From assembly GCF_009914755.1 (NCBI RefSeq), contig NC_060926.1: a stretch of 64,000 nucleotides of DNA; one strand, written 5' to 3'. This DNA is from the human T2T-CHM13v2.0 reference genome, Homo sapiens. A program made the translations under genes and the position numbers. Every line of letters starts with the position of its first letter. Positions within the stretch are counted from its first letter, which is position 1. The notes under the pieces are model-generated. The model was not told where the DNA came from and did not search any database. It saw nothing but the letters and a program-made list of their open reading frames with translations. Of the stretch, positions 1 to 17,495 are shown in pieces.

Positions 1-253
1 TGCAGTGGTGCAATCTCAGCTCACTGCAGCCTCTGCCTCCGCCTCCCAGGTTCCAGCAATTCTCCTGCTGCAGCCTCCTGCGTAGCTGAGATTACAGGCG
101 CCCACCACCGTGCCCAGCTAATTTTTGTATTTTTAGTAAAGACAGGGTTTCACCATGTTGGCCAGGCTGGTCTTGAACTCCTGACCTCAGGTGATCCACC
201 TGCCTCAGCCTCCCAAAATGCTAGGATTACAGGTGTGGGCCACGGTGCCTGGC
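1..253 (-). mobile_element. Alu (truncated by the window edge)
   Basis: Reverse-complement Alu consensus. Confidence 0.9.
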
Positions 254-597
254 TCAAATGGTTTTTCTAGAGAATATCCATGATCTACTAGTCCCTAGTT
301 CAAAAGCAAAAGGGCATGTACTGTAGTAGCAGTAGGAGGGATGGAGGGAAGATATCAGGAAGAACTTCCTAACAAGGCTCTGCAAAAGACACTGGAATGC
401 ATGTCCAGAAAGCAGTGACAATTTCTTCCTCAGAGCACTCTTGGAATGAGAGGGGACCCTTTTATCAATCAGAAGATAGAGCATTTTGCTGGAGATGACC
501 TTTCTATGCCAGAGTCCCTTCCTCAGAGTTCTGTGTCCTCAATTCTCCTTTTGCCACACCTTCCTTCTGCCAGTACAATCTTCTCTCCATCCTGCAG

Positions 598-742
598 ACT
601 ACAGGAAGAAAACCTGGTCATCACCCCCCGGCTCTTTGAGTGTTCCAACAAGACTGGGCGCTTCCTGGCCACAGAGATCCCTGACTTCAATCAGGATGAC
701 TTGGAAGAGGATGATGTGTTCCTACTAGATGTCTGGGACCAG
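598..742 (+). CDS. VIL1: Villin-1 coding exon (gelsolin repeat 6 start: [48 protein letters not shown])
   Basis: Polypyrimidine tract then ctgcag|A at 598, donor CAG|gtagga at 742. Translation has the gelsolin-family PRLFECSN and DDVFLLD motifs. Confidence 0.96.
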
Positions 743-1239
743 GTAGGACCAAGGGCCTGGGGACCCCTCTTCCCAGCCACCTCAATCCCCAGGGCCAAGA
801 AAGAGTGGCTTTAAGGTTAGGTAAGTGTCAATGTTTTCTTGGCCCTTACATAATTTCTCCCTGGAAATGGTATGAACACCAGAAGTGTAAGAAAGAAGGA
901 AGGTGGGGAGGAACATGCTCAGAGGGGCTGCAGGGAAGAACGTATTCTCTCCCAAAGTCCTATTTATTTCACATGGCAGCAGGAGTGTTTTTGAGAATCC
1001 TGGGCTTTGGACAGTCTGGGAGACACACATTTGCAGAATATCCAAGTACAAGGCATCTGTCCAACCTTCTAATTTCCCAGATACAAATTCAAGGCCAGAT
1101 GATGCCTGCCCTAGGTCATTTGGCTGGTAGTGGTAGAGTCAGGGTCAAGGTCAGGGTTTCACTGTTGGACAACTGAGGCAGAGCCCTGTGGGCCAGGGAG
1201 GACAGGAAGGATGGACTGATCCCCTGGGTTTCTCAATAG

Positions 1240-1482
<243 letters not shown>

Positions 1483-1699
1483 TGATTCCTGCAGGCCATT
1501 CTGTCTCTTTGGGATATATGACCTGCTGATTTAGAAAGGGGCTAGAGGAGGCTTAGAATAGAAAGTAAGGCTGCACTAAGGCCATTAGGCCTCTGGTGAG
1601 AGGGAAGAAGTCTATCAAAAACCAAGGCTAATTATAGTGCCTTGTTTGTGCACTACATTTAGAGCAAAGCTGCTGGATAGTATAGGTAAGAAATGTACT

Positions 1700-1815
1700 G
1701 ATTACTTAAATTAAAATTAAACACAGTTCAAAATTCAGTTTGTCACTAGCCACATGTGGCAGCTGGCTACTGTGTTGGGCAGCAGAGGTGAGAATGTTCT
1801 CATCATTGCAGCAAC
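1700..1815 (-). mobile_element. MER3/MER33-like hAT-Charlie fragment
   Basis: aaattcagtt...cactagccacatgtggcagctggctactgtgttgggcagc resembles MER3/33. Confidence 0.55.
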
Positions 1816-2275
1816 ATGGTGGATCCTCCATGCCAGCTGAAACATGTTGGTTCTAAAGGACTGACAAATGTCTTCCTGGTGCTAAATTCTAAGCAAAATG
1901 GGTCATGTGTGTGGTCCTTACCTGAGGGATGGTGTGCCAACCTCCCACGGGGTGTTTCCTAAACTGGCCCCACATAGAAGCAAGGGGCAGATACCCACAA
2001 TGGAACTCCAGCAAAGGTTTTCGGTAGGAAGAAGGCCAAGGTACAGTGAAGCCTGGCCTGGTGGCTCTGGGTGCTCTAAATTGTCACAACAGATGGCTTT
2101 AGGGAAGCAGAAAGCTTAATTTCCTTAAATTTGTTGGTTTGTTTTTTTAAATTCTGCAGTTAGATGGGCTTTTAGTTTTTACTCAAGGCAGCATATCGAG
2201 ATGCCAGGTTTTCTCAATCCACTTTAGTTATCACCTTTCCCTCACCTCAAGTGTGTGCTGGCTTCTCTCTCAGCC

Positions 2276-2305
2276 TCATTCACTCATTCATTCATTCATT
2301 CATTC
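2276..2305. repeat. (TCAT)n simple repeat, possibly an L2 tail
   Basis: tcattcactcattcattcattcattcattca. Confidence 0.7.
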
Positions 2306-2773
2306 AGCATAAGTGTGCTCTAGGATATGGAGATGGGACTCCTCAGAGCCATGGTCCCTTCACTCCTCTGTGGCAGGGCTCCCTTCTATTATCTGGGGGG
2401 ACCCCCACCCATCCCCAGGAGCCCTGCATTTCCCAGAGCCTACATAGCCTAGGCAGGGTTCTCCATACTGCCTGTGGGTTCTTGCCCTGGCCCCTGCAGG
2501 TGGCAAAAGATCCTGCCCATCCCCATGTCAGGCTGAGCTGGGACAAATATAGCCTGCGCTCCACTTTTCTGATCTGGCAGCCCCTCTGGTCCCAATCTCA
2601 CCATCTAATCTCCTTTTTCAGGGACCCTCCTCCAGCCTCAGCCTTCATATCCTCTTTCCTTTCTTACCACTAGGCCCCAGACCAGCCTTCTTTTCATTCC
2701 TGAGGGAAAATGGCTTCTCATCCATCTCCTCTGCTGAGATCCAGGTCTAATCTGTTATTTACTTTATGTGCAG

Positions 2774-2842
2774 AACACCAAATCCTATGAGGACCTGAAG
2801 GCGGAGCTTGGCAACTCTAGGGACTGGAGCCAGATCACTGCT
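2774..2842 (+). CDS. VIL1: Villin-1 linker exon ([23 protein letters not shown])
   Basis: gtgcag|AAC acceptor, GCT|gtgagt donor, 69 nt, in frame with its neighbours. Confidence 0.95.
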
Positions 2843-3030
2843 GTGAGTCCGGGGCGGGGTGGCTGGGCCCTGCAGTGGCCAGCTGGTGGTCAGACCTGTG
2901 GGAGCCAAGAACGCTGCAGAGAAGACACCAGAGTCCTGTGCTTTCCCTCCTATTTCTCCCCCACTTCTCATTCTTCTTGCTGTTTTACTTCAGTGCCTCT
3001 AGTGGTTTTGTTTCCTCAATTTCCTAGTGA

Positions 3031-3560
<530 letters not shown>

Positions 3561-3653
3561 TGTCTCTATACTCCATCACCTTTGGGATCCCTTCTCTAGG
3601 TAGAATAACTACAACTCCTTTGGTCTTTCAGTGAGTTAACAGAAGTGTATTTA

Positions 3654-3980
3654 GGCTGGGCACAGTGGCTCACGCCTGTAATCTCAGCACTTTGGGAGGC
3701 CGAGGTGGGTGGATTGCTTGAGCCCAGGAGTTTGAGACTAGTCTTCGTAACATGGGGAAACCCCATCTTTACAAAAAATAAAAAACAGCCAGGTGTGGTG
3801 GTGCGTGCTTGTGGTCCCAGCTACTCAGGAGGCTGAGGTGGGAGGTTGGTTTGAACCCAGGAGGCAGAGGTTGCAGTTAGCTGAAATTGTGCCACTGCAC
3901 TCCAGCCTGGGCAACAGAGTCAGACCCTGTCTCAAAAAAAAAAAAAAAAAAAAACCCGAAAAAAGAAAAGAAAAAAAATG
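3654..3980 (+). mobile_element. Alu
   Basis: Alu consensus with A tail. Confidence 0.9.
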
Positions 3981-4330
3981 TATTTAGCCTTTAGGCCTGG
4001 GACACGGGAATATGAAATCAAAACCTTTGCTTTGAGAAGTTCACAGGCTTATAGAGAGAACAAGACAGAGCTAACTCTGAGGAATGTGTCCAGAATTCAA
4101 GAGCAAGTTCACAAGCACACTGGGGTATAATCAACAGATGGTCAAAACCTGCAGCACTCATGAAACCCTTCTTGGTGGACTGACAGTACAGACTGGCATG
4201 TATAGATAGGTCAAGGTTAAGTGAATTTATAGATGACAATTTCACAACAGATAAGAGAGACAGGGTCATAAATATCCAGGCTAGATCTCCAACTCTGGGG
4301 AAAGCCATGGGAAAGTTAATGAATCGTTAA

Positions 4331-4699
<369 letters not shown>

Positions 4700-4838
4700 T
4701 GAGTGTGTGTGTGGCAGGGTGGGGTGGGACATGGGAGGCTTCTTGAAGGTGGTGCCCTAGAGACTTCAGAGAGAAAGGCAGCCTGGGAGGTAGCTGTCCA
4801 CCAGCTAAAGTAACCAGTGGTTTCCTTTTCTTTCCTAG

Positions 4839-4979
4839 GAGGTCACAAGCCCCAAAGTGGACGTGTTCAATGCTAACAGCAACCTCAGTTCTGGGCCTCT
4901 GCCCATCTTCCCCCTGGAGCAGCTAGTGAACAAGCCTGTAGAGGAGCTCCCCGAGGGTGTGGACCCCAGCAGGAAGGAG
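4839..4979 (+). CDS. VIL1: Villin-1 exon, linker and N-terminal headpiece subdomain ([47 protein letters not shown])
   Basis: tttcctag|GAG acceptor, GAG|gtaggt donor, 141 nt. Headpiece motif [11 protein letters not shown]. Confidence 0.96.
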
Positions 4980-5216
4980 GTAGGTCAGATTCTCAAAGGA
5001 AGACAAAGAAGTCCATTTGTTGGACCACCATAGTTGACTCCCAGATTTGGCCCTGCAGGTGACTAGGTGCTGGGGATGAACAAGACAGATGGGATCCTGC
5101 CTTCATGCCACCTTATATCCCAGGAGGAGAGAGATCAGAGAAGCCTGGTTACACTATTATTTAATTTCAGGGTTAAGTGCCAGAAAGGTGAAGTACAGGA
5201 GCTGTGAAGAGTATTA

Positions 5217-5784
<568 letters not shown>

Positions 5785-5821
5785 TCATTATGGTTGAAGT
5801 AGCAGAGTGACAGACTTACAT

Positions 5822-6127
<306 letters not shown>

Positions 6128-7149
6128 TATAGCTTCTCATCGAACAATAGCCTGGAAGGTGGCAAGAGCAGCCATAGGAACACCAGTTAGGAGAGACAGC
6201 ACAGCTGCTCTCAGGCCGACAGGTAGGTGGGAACCTAGAACAAGTCATGGTGGAGGAGGTGGAGAGAAACATTTAGGAGGTAAAATCAATGATATTTGGT
6301 AATTACTGGATAAAGAGTATGAGAGAAGAGAAAATAGCATCATTCTCCAAGATAGAAAACTGGATCAGGCTGAGCTTAGGGGAAGACAATCATGAGTTTA
6401 GTGGTAGCTATGTCCTTTGAGGTTTAGATACATGTTCAGTGGGCAAGCAATTCAGAGGAACACCAGGGCAGAGATATGAATTTAAGACTCATCAGCACAT
6501 GGTCCATCTGGTAACTGGGGTTAGCACAGCAAGAAGAGCTTGTTCAAAACACTTTTTGTGTATGTGTGGGGAATGGAGTTTGGGGCTGGACACTTTTTTT
6601 TAAATTTTAGATAAGATCTCACTCTGTTGCCCAGGCTGGAGTGCTGTTGCAATCATGGCTTACTACAGCCTCAACTTTCTGGGCTCAAGTGATCCTCCCA
6701 CCTCAGCCTCCCAAAGTGTTGGAATTACAGCGACTGCACCCAGCCTAAGAACACATTTCTAATATTCAATCCCACTTCATGAAGATCCAAAATAGGCTGC
6801 CAATCTAGCTTAGGGGTATTGAGAGGAGAGATAATATACTCTGTATAATAAGTCATAAAGTAGTCTTACAAATGAATCAAGGGATCTACAGAAGAGAGAT
6901 ACCTAGTTTCTCTCTCAGAACATCAAAGTCTGTTAAGGGTTTCGGCTCAATATTTATATAAGTGTTTTGTTCTCAGAGAATTTCAATTCTGCCTTTTACC
7001 TTAGAGAGCACATTCCTGTGTTCTCTCCTGGATTCTCCCACCTGTGAGGTTGCTGGGAGGCTAGGAGGCACATGGGTCCTCACTGTAACATTGGGATGAT
7101 CCCTGTATGATGACAAGCTAAGCCCAGCCCTTGGTACATAGTACTCTAC

Positions 7150-8696
<1,547 letters not shown>

Positions 8697-9234
8697 GCCT
8701 GTAGCTGATTTTTTAATCATGGAAGTAGTATACATTCTTGTGGGAGAGCTGAGTTCAGTGTCATGTGGGAGTGTAGGAGAGGTTTTCAGATCTCTCTGTC
8801 TGCTCCAATCTTGCAAGGTGAGCCAGTGACAACAGTGGGGTGGTGGGTCTGGCTGCAGGCAGAGCAAGATAGTAATCTAAGTATTTGTGCACTGATGAGT
8901 AAACAACAGGGAGGCGGATGTAGGCATGGGTGAGGCTGGTAATCAGCTGGCAGGACTGCAGAGTTCAAGAACAGGACCAATGGAAAGATACAAGTCCACT
9001 AGGATGGGTAGTCCCTGCTATCTAGCCTGAGGGGTCAGAGTCCAGCAGTCTTGACAAAGCGGAAGAGCCAGCCTGGCTGGACCAGAGAGAGCAAAGACCT
9101 AGGACATAGCAGCCACAGCTGTGAGGAACCTGGGGGGAGGGTGCTACAAACAGATTTGGGGTATGGCAGCTTCTCCCCATCCACTGATCCCCAAATCATT
9201 TATATTTACTCTCTTCTTCCAAAACCAAGTACTC

Positions 9235-9565
9235 AGCCGAGTGCGGTGGCTCATGCCTGTAATCCCAGGCACTTTGGGAGGCCAAGGCGGGCAGATTGCT
9301 TGAGCCCAGGAGTTTGAGACCAGCCTGGGCAACAAAGTGAGACCCTGTCTCTACAAAAAATACAAAAATTAGCCCGGTGTGGTGGCGTGCACCTGTAGTC
9401 CCAGCTACCTGGGAGGGTGAGGTGGGAGGACTGCTTGAGCCCAGGAGATTGGGGCTGCAGGTGATCTGTGATTGTGTCACCACACTCCAGCCTGGGTGAC
9501 AGAGCAGGAGGACCCTGTCTCAACCTCCCCGCCAAAACAAAAAGAACCCCCAAACCAAAACCAAA
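9235..9565 (+). mobile_element. AluJ-like
   Basis: Alu consensus with ttgagcccaggag. Confidence 0.85.
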
Positions 9566-10353
9566 CACTTCACTACCCTGCCTCAGGGAGTGGGGAAGGC
9601 TTCCAGGAACCTTAAGGAGAGAATGCCCAGGGTGGGAGGCAAATCTATTGACAAGTTAGAGACTGGAGCATCAGACCCCCCTGAGGTTGAAATCCATCTA
9701 TAGGTGTTTACTAAGAAGCTGTTTAATTCAGGGCTCTCTGTGGGAGTCAATAAAATGTTCCCTAGGGCAACTCCACCTTAGCAGAGCAGCCTAAGTATTA
9801 AAGGAAACCCACAGGTCTCACCTCTACCCTGTCTACCTCTTGGTGCTTAGAGGAGCAGAGATGAAGGCAGGGAGATGCTGTTTTATAGCAACTTTAATTA
9901 GGGACTCTTAACTGAGTGTGCCTTGAGGGTATTTAGCTTGCCTTAAACAGTATCATTATCATCTTAGTGCTGGGAACAAAGGTCATTTCAGTGAATTCCT
10001 TCATCTTATGGCTGAAGACACCCAAGGCTTAGAAAGGTAGTGACTCCAGTTGTGATTTCTTAGCCAAGAGTAAAAAGGTAAAATTGTGCTATCTAATCTT
10101 CTGGATCATTCACAGGATGACAGAAGCTGGTACAAGTTGTTTATACAAATATTTTTTGACTCAAAAAGCTAGGCAAAATTTAGTTCTGAATTTGATCTTT
10201 GGCCTTCCTAGTGTCTTCTTTTGGAATCCTTCCCCCGACCTCAGTTGTACCTTCTGCCGCTACCCTCCCGCTCTAAGCAAAACCTGCTCCTACAAAATAA
10301 TCTGACACATTCACAGAAGAATATAAAAAACTGATGAGGATTAACAAGTTGTC

Positions 10354-13130
<2,777 letters not shown>

Positions 13131-13334
13131 TCAGGGATAAACCTCTGGAATACCAAAATACCATACTCTCCTCCTCTCCATCCCTTTCCTGGCTCTCCTG
13201 ACACTGCTTCTGTTTACTCTTCATTTATTTGATTATATACCACATCTATGACTCATCAGAGCAAACGGTGCCTGAGGGTGAGGGAGGAAGGAAGGATATG
13301 TGACCTTTGCCCTCTGGTCCCTCTCTTCTTCTAG

Positions 13335-13448
13335 GAACACCTGTCCATTGAAGATTTCACTCAGGCCTTTGGGATGACTCCAGCTGCCTTCTCTGCTCTG
13401 CCTCGATGGAAGCAACAAAACCTCAAGAAAGAAAAAGGACTATTTTGA
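13335..13448 (+). CDS. VIL1: Villin-1 terminal coding exon, headpiece HP35 subdomain ([37 protein letters not shown])
   Basis: cttctag|GAA acceptor. Ends in the villin headpiece [16 protein letters not shown] at 13446-13448. Confidence 0.98.
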
Positions 13449-13594
13449 GAAGAGTAGCTGTGGTTGTAAAGCAGTACCCTACCCTGATTGTAGGGTCTCA
13501 TTTTCTCACCGATATTAGTCCTACACCAATTGAAGTGAAATTTTGCAGATGTGCCTATGAGCACAAACTTCTGTGGCAAATGCCAGTTTTGTTT

Positions 13595-13600
13595 AATAAT
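13595..13600 (+). terminator. VIL1: Candidate proximal VIL1 poly(A) signal (non-canonical AATAAT)
   Basis: AATAAT preceded by U-rich ttttgttt. It lies ~0.8 kb upstream of the distal AATAAA, consistent with the known short and long villin mRNAs. Confidence 0.45.
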
Positions 13601-14369
13601 GTACCTATTCCTTCAGAAAGATGATACCCCAAAAGGAGCCTATGGTCCTCATTTCAACTTCTAAGGTCGCTAGATTGTTTCTATCCTGAGGTATTGCATC
13701 AATTTTAATACTCCTATAGTTTTCTCTTCTTAGAAGAGCACAAACACTCCATGGAACATTAGAGTTCTGAGGCACTACCCTAGCTTGTCCTCTATCATGA
13801 CTCATTTTTATCTATGGCAGGTAGGCTGAAGCACTTTGCAGGTTTACATCTTCCCCAGAGTAACAGCTTTTCCTTTTCACATATACTTTCCTTACTGCCT
13901 TACTCAGTGGGTAAGTTAAAGGGCTGAAGGAGAGTTGAATGGTCCACAAGACTACCCTCTTAAGAGGTTTCACAAATTCCAAACAGTACCAGTGAGAGCA
14001 GCACTTCCACTGGGGCTAGGCTTGAGACCTAAAGGCAAGTATGAAATGCATATGCTACTTCACTCCCTCTCCCAACCCTTAATAATGAGGCAAAGCAAGA
14101 GCCTAGTGAAGGCCAATGCTAGGTTTACAAACTTACCCAGAAGCCTCTGCAAAGCTTCACAGGCTCCTCAGATGAAAATAACAGGAATCAATGGGGACTA
14201 CGGCCAGACACTGGTTTGCCATTCTGTTCCTTTTAAGAAGTAACAGTGCTGCAAGGAAGTCCATGTCAGAAAGCCAACAGAAGGTGATTTCCACAACTTT
14301 GAACAGGTTGTTACAAGTATCAGCAAGAATGTGTCCTTTTCAGAAATAACAGTCAAATCAAAGAAGGTT

Positions 14370-14375
14370 AATAAA
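14370..14375 (+). terminator. VIL1: Distal VIL1 poly(A) signal AATAAA
   Basis: First canonical AATAAA I found after the VIL1 stop. Confidence 0.65.
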
Positions 14376-14378
14376 GGC

Positions 14379-14384
14379 TTTAAT
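14379..14384 (-). terminator. USP37: USP37 distal poly(A) signal ATTAAA
   Basis: The minus strand reads ttttgtgtgtatgaaATTAAAgcc, with an upstream UGUA and a downstream U/GU-rich tttgatttgactgttattt. Confidence 0.6.
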
Positions 14385-15351
14385 TTCATACACACAAAAA
14401 AACTCTATGCATAATTTAAAAAGGAAACAAAAACAAAGAAAAACCGTAAAGGATACAGAGGAACAGTTCTGCTAAAACACAGATAAAAGTGCCGCTCCAT
14501 ACAAAACATAAAGAATCAGAATCAAAAGTCACTCTGAACATAAAGAAAAAAAATCATCTCACAAATAATGTGGCCACAGCTGCCAGAAAACCTGGTAGTG
14601 GCTCAATTAGGCAAAGTGTAGGAATCTCATTTTTGTTTTTCTCTCCTTAAGTTTAAAGAAACAACAATGACAATAGGCCAGAGAAGTTAGGGAGGGAAAG
14701 AAAAGCTCAAAGGGAGGGAAACCTGGGGACAAGAGGTGTGCACACCCACATGTGGTCTCACTCTTCACACAGGCCCACTATTTTTGAAGTAGACCAGTTT
14801 AGTTGACTGTTCTTCTTTGTTCTGGCATCTGACTGGACCAACCTGGAACCTGGTCCAGACCCTCACCCACTCTATTCTTATGCCAATGGACATACCTATA
14901 CTTTGAACCTCTGTACTTTTAAGAAAAGTCCAATGTTACAAAATCAAATGCTTATATTCAGACTGGCACACTTTTTAAATAAAAACTCCATACACCTCAG
15001 ACATATAGCACACATGGAGACAACTTACTAATTGTGTGTAAGTATGATACAATGAATGAGACTGCCTGAAGTCTAGTAATCAAAGCATGCCATAAGGTGA
15101 ATGATTGTGGTTAAACACAGCAAAATAATTGTCACAAAACTTTCAAGGCCTAACAAATTAGAATTTTCCAATAAAAAATATATATTTTTTCAGATGTTAA
15201 TAAGACATATCAGTAGAGACAAAATTAGGATTTTGAAGTAATGCAATAAAAAGATGTTGGAGGGCAGAAGTCTATTTAGTTTTTGTATACACTTGCAAGA
15301 GTGCATTACTCAGTATAAAGCAAAATGGGGAGGAAAAAGACATCCATCCAT

Positions 15352-15357
15352 TTTATT
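15352..15357 (-). terminator. USP37: Candidate proximal USP37 poly(A) signal AATAAA
   Basis: TTTATT on the + strand, with U-rich downstream sequence on the minus strand. Confidence 0.4.
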
Positions 15358-17363
15358 GGAACACTTTTATGTGACTTGAATCTGGTGTTAGGTTGTTGAT
15401 TTTTCTAAAAATCTCCTATATATACAAAATCCATATGTACTTGGAGATCCAGCTGTTGCCCCCTGTTTAAAACAAAAGACCACCTCGGGGGGTCAATTAA
15501 ATTAAAAAGGCCCTCCAACCACCCTAAATGGGATAACTAAGAGTATCTACTGCAGTCATTTCAGAGGACAGAGAAGGAAAATATTTTAATTTGCTTTAAT
15601 ATAACCTCTTTTCAGTAGATCACAAATGAGTTTACAAACTACTTTTTTTTCTCTTTAATTTAGGTGTTTGCAGATAATTTTCATTATACAACTATATCCA
15701 TAGCTGTATGTGTGTATAGTTACATAATGGTAACTACACACGATACAGAAGAATCAGTAAATTCATGGATTATTTTGCTGAGGTTTTAAATTTTAAAGCC
15801 TCTGTTTCAGAATTTTACACTTGATCAAGGAGAAAAATAAATGTGTAGTCTAACATTTGCTTTCTGGAGTTAATTAACTGATCTGTAAGAACCACTGCAT
15901 ATGTCTTAAAATGTAAACATATTTACATTTGTTGTATTTGTTATTGAGCCTTTAAGGTTAGGCCCAGAATGAACAGACCATAGCAAGTAAACAAATAATT
16001 TTTAGAATCAAAGTATTAATAGAAGACCAGTTCATGGATTTGCTTATTCTATCCTGCTGAGACAAAACTCATGAGTGTGCACACACATGTGAATATATCC
16101 CTACGAAACAGTCTATCTTCTCATAGGCTTAAATTATAGTCATGGCTATTAAAGAAATTAACAGCATCCAGCCACATGCAACTTTCCAACCTTCAGTACT
16201 ATTAGGTGATTAAAATCAACAAATATGAAGTTTAGTTCATTTTTCCCTTAAAATTCCAACAAAGATCAAAAGGTTGTATCTAGAACTAATTGCCATCAAG
16301 TTCCAATTCAATGTCATTTAAAGTAATGTAACCACACATTTGGTATTTTCAATAGGAAGGTTAATTAGGTATTGTGCAAACTGCCTGCAACGGAAGCACT
16401 CAGTCCTTATCTAACTTGTCCCTTCCTGGCCCCAACATGCTAACTGCCCCATCCCCAATTCTGGGCAAACTGATCACAATGTGCAAAAAATAATATATTA
16501 TCTATTTATAATTTTAAAATATATACAGCCAGCTCAAAAACAACAACAAACCCCATCAACATAGTCCAGCTGAAATCTCCACTGGTAGTCAAAGAAGTAG
16601 ATTAAAGGAGTAAAGGAAGGAGAAGGCTGATAGGGCCACAAGAATGGACAGACATCAAGTAAAATTTGAGTCCCAAACATGCAAGTACATGAGCAGTGAG
16701 ATAACTTATATATTCCAATAACCTATTTTCAACAACTCCTGCCCAAGACATGAAGATCAAATCAGGTTTCTGAGGTAAGTGTACTTCTAAACCATACACA
16801 CATGAAAGCTATGAAAGCAATTCAAATGAGGCTGCTTCATGAGGCAATCTAGACTTATGGCATTATTTCTACTTTTCTCCATGTTTTAATTGCAGCCTGC
16901 ACTTTAAATCTTTCCCAATAATTTTTAACAGTGCCTCTCAAATGCAAAGACACGTAAAAGAATTAATAACTAGCCAAAGAATTTTATCACCGCTTCACTC
17001 ATTTATAAGAAAACCAATTATTTCCAAGCAAAATCAAACCAAACCAAAGAGGCTCCTGGTAGAAATGAAACAAAACTTTAAAGCTAGTTTTAAAACAAAT
17101 ATTTTCCTCTGCTCTAAACTACTCTGGCGTTTTCTACCACTCTACCATTTTGGAACATTCATTACAATAAGGTATATAGGTAGATGGTAGGAGGCAAAGC
17201 ATTTATCAGTAGTTGAGCAAAACTGCTGAGGCCATTTATAATTCAAAGAATGAAAACTTAGAATAGTTTACTACATTAGAATACATCCAAGTTCCAAGAG
17301 TAGGACTGGAGCTCTCTTAAGGCAATCTTTCAGAAAAGATGTTGCATCTTCTGTGATGATGGT

Positions 17364-17495
17364 TTGTGTTTTTTTTGTTTTTGTTTTCGTTTTTTTTAAT
17401 GAGATGGAGTCTCACTCTGTCACTCAGACTGCAGTGCAATGATGCGATCTCAGCTCACTGCAACCTCTGCCTCCTGGGTTCAAGTGATTCTCTCA
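17364..17495 (-). mobile_element. 5'-truncated Alu in the USP37 3'UTR
   Basis: T-rich tail plus Alu 3' part; flanking tgtgatg-like duplication. Confidence 0.8.

Larger units (their letters stand above)
13449..14395 (+). other. VIL1: VIL1 3'UTR (long form; end approximate)
   Basis: Repeat-free sequence after the stop, up to AATAAA at 14370. Human villin is known to have two mRNA sizes from alternative polyadenylation. Confidence 0.7.

Noticed and set aside
446-814. 122-aa ORF as a standalone gene
   Set aside because: Only 598-742 is the VIL1 exon; the rest is open intronic flank beyond the splice sites.
4836-4841. NAGNAG tandem acceptors (TAG-GAG) at VIL1 4839 and USP37 27481
   Set aside because: GAG is a very poor acceptor, so alternative use is unlikely.
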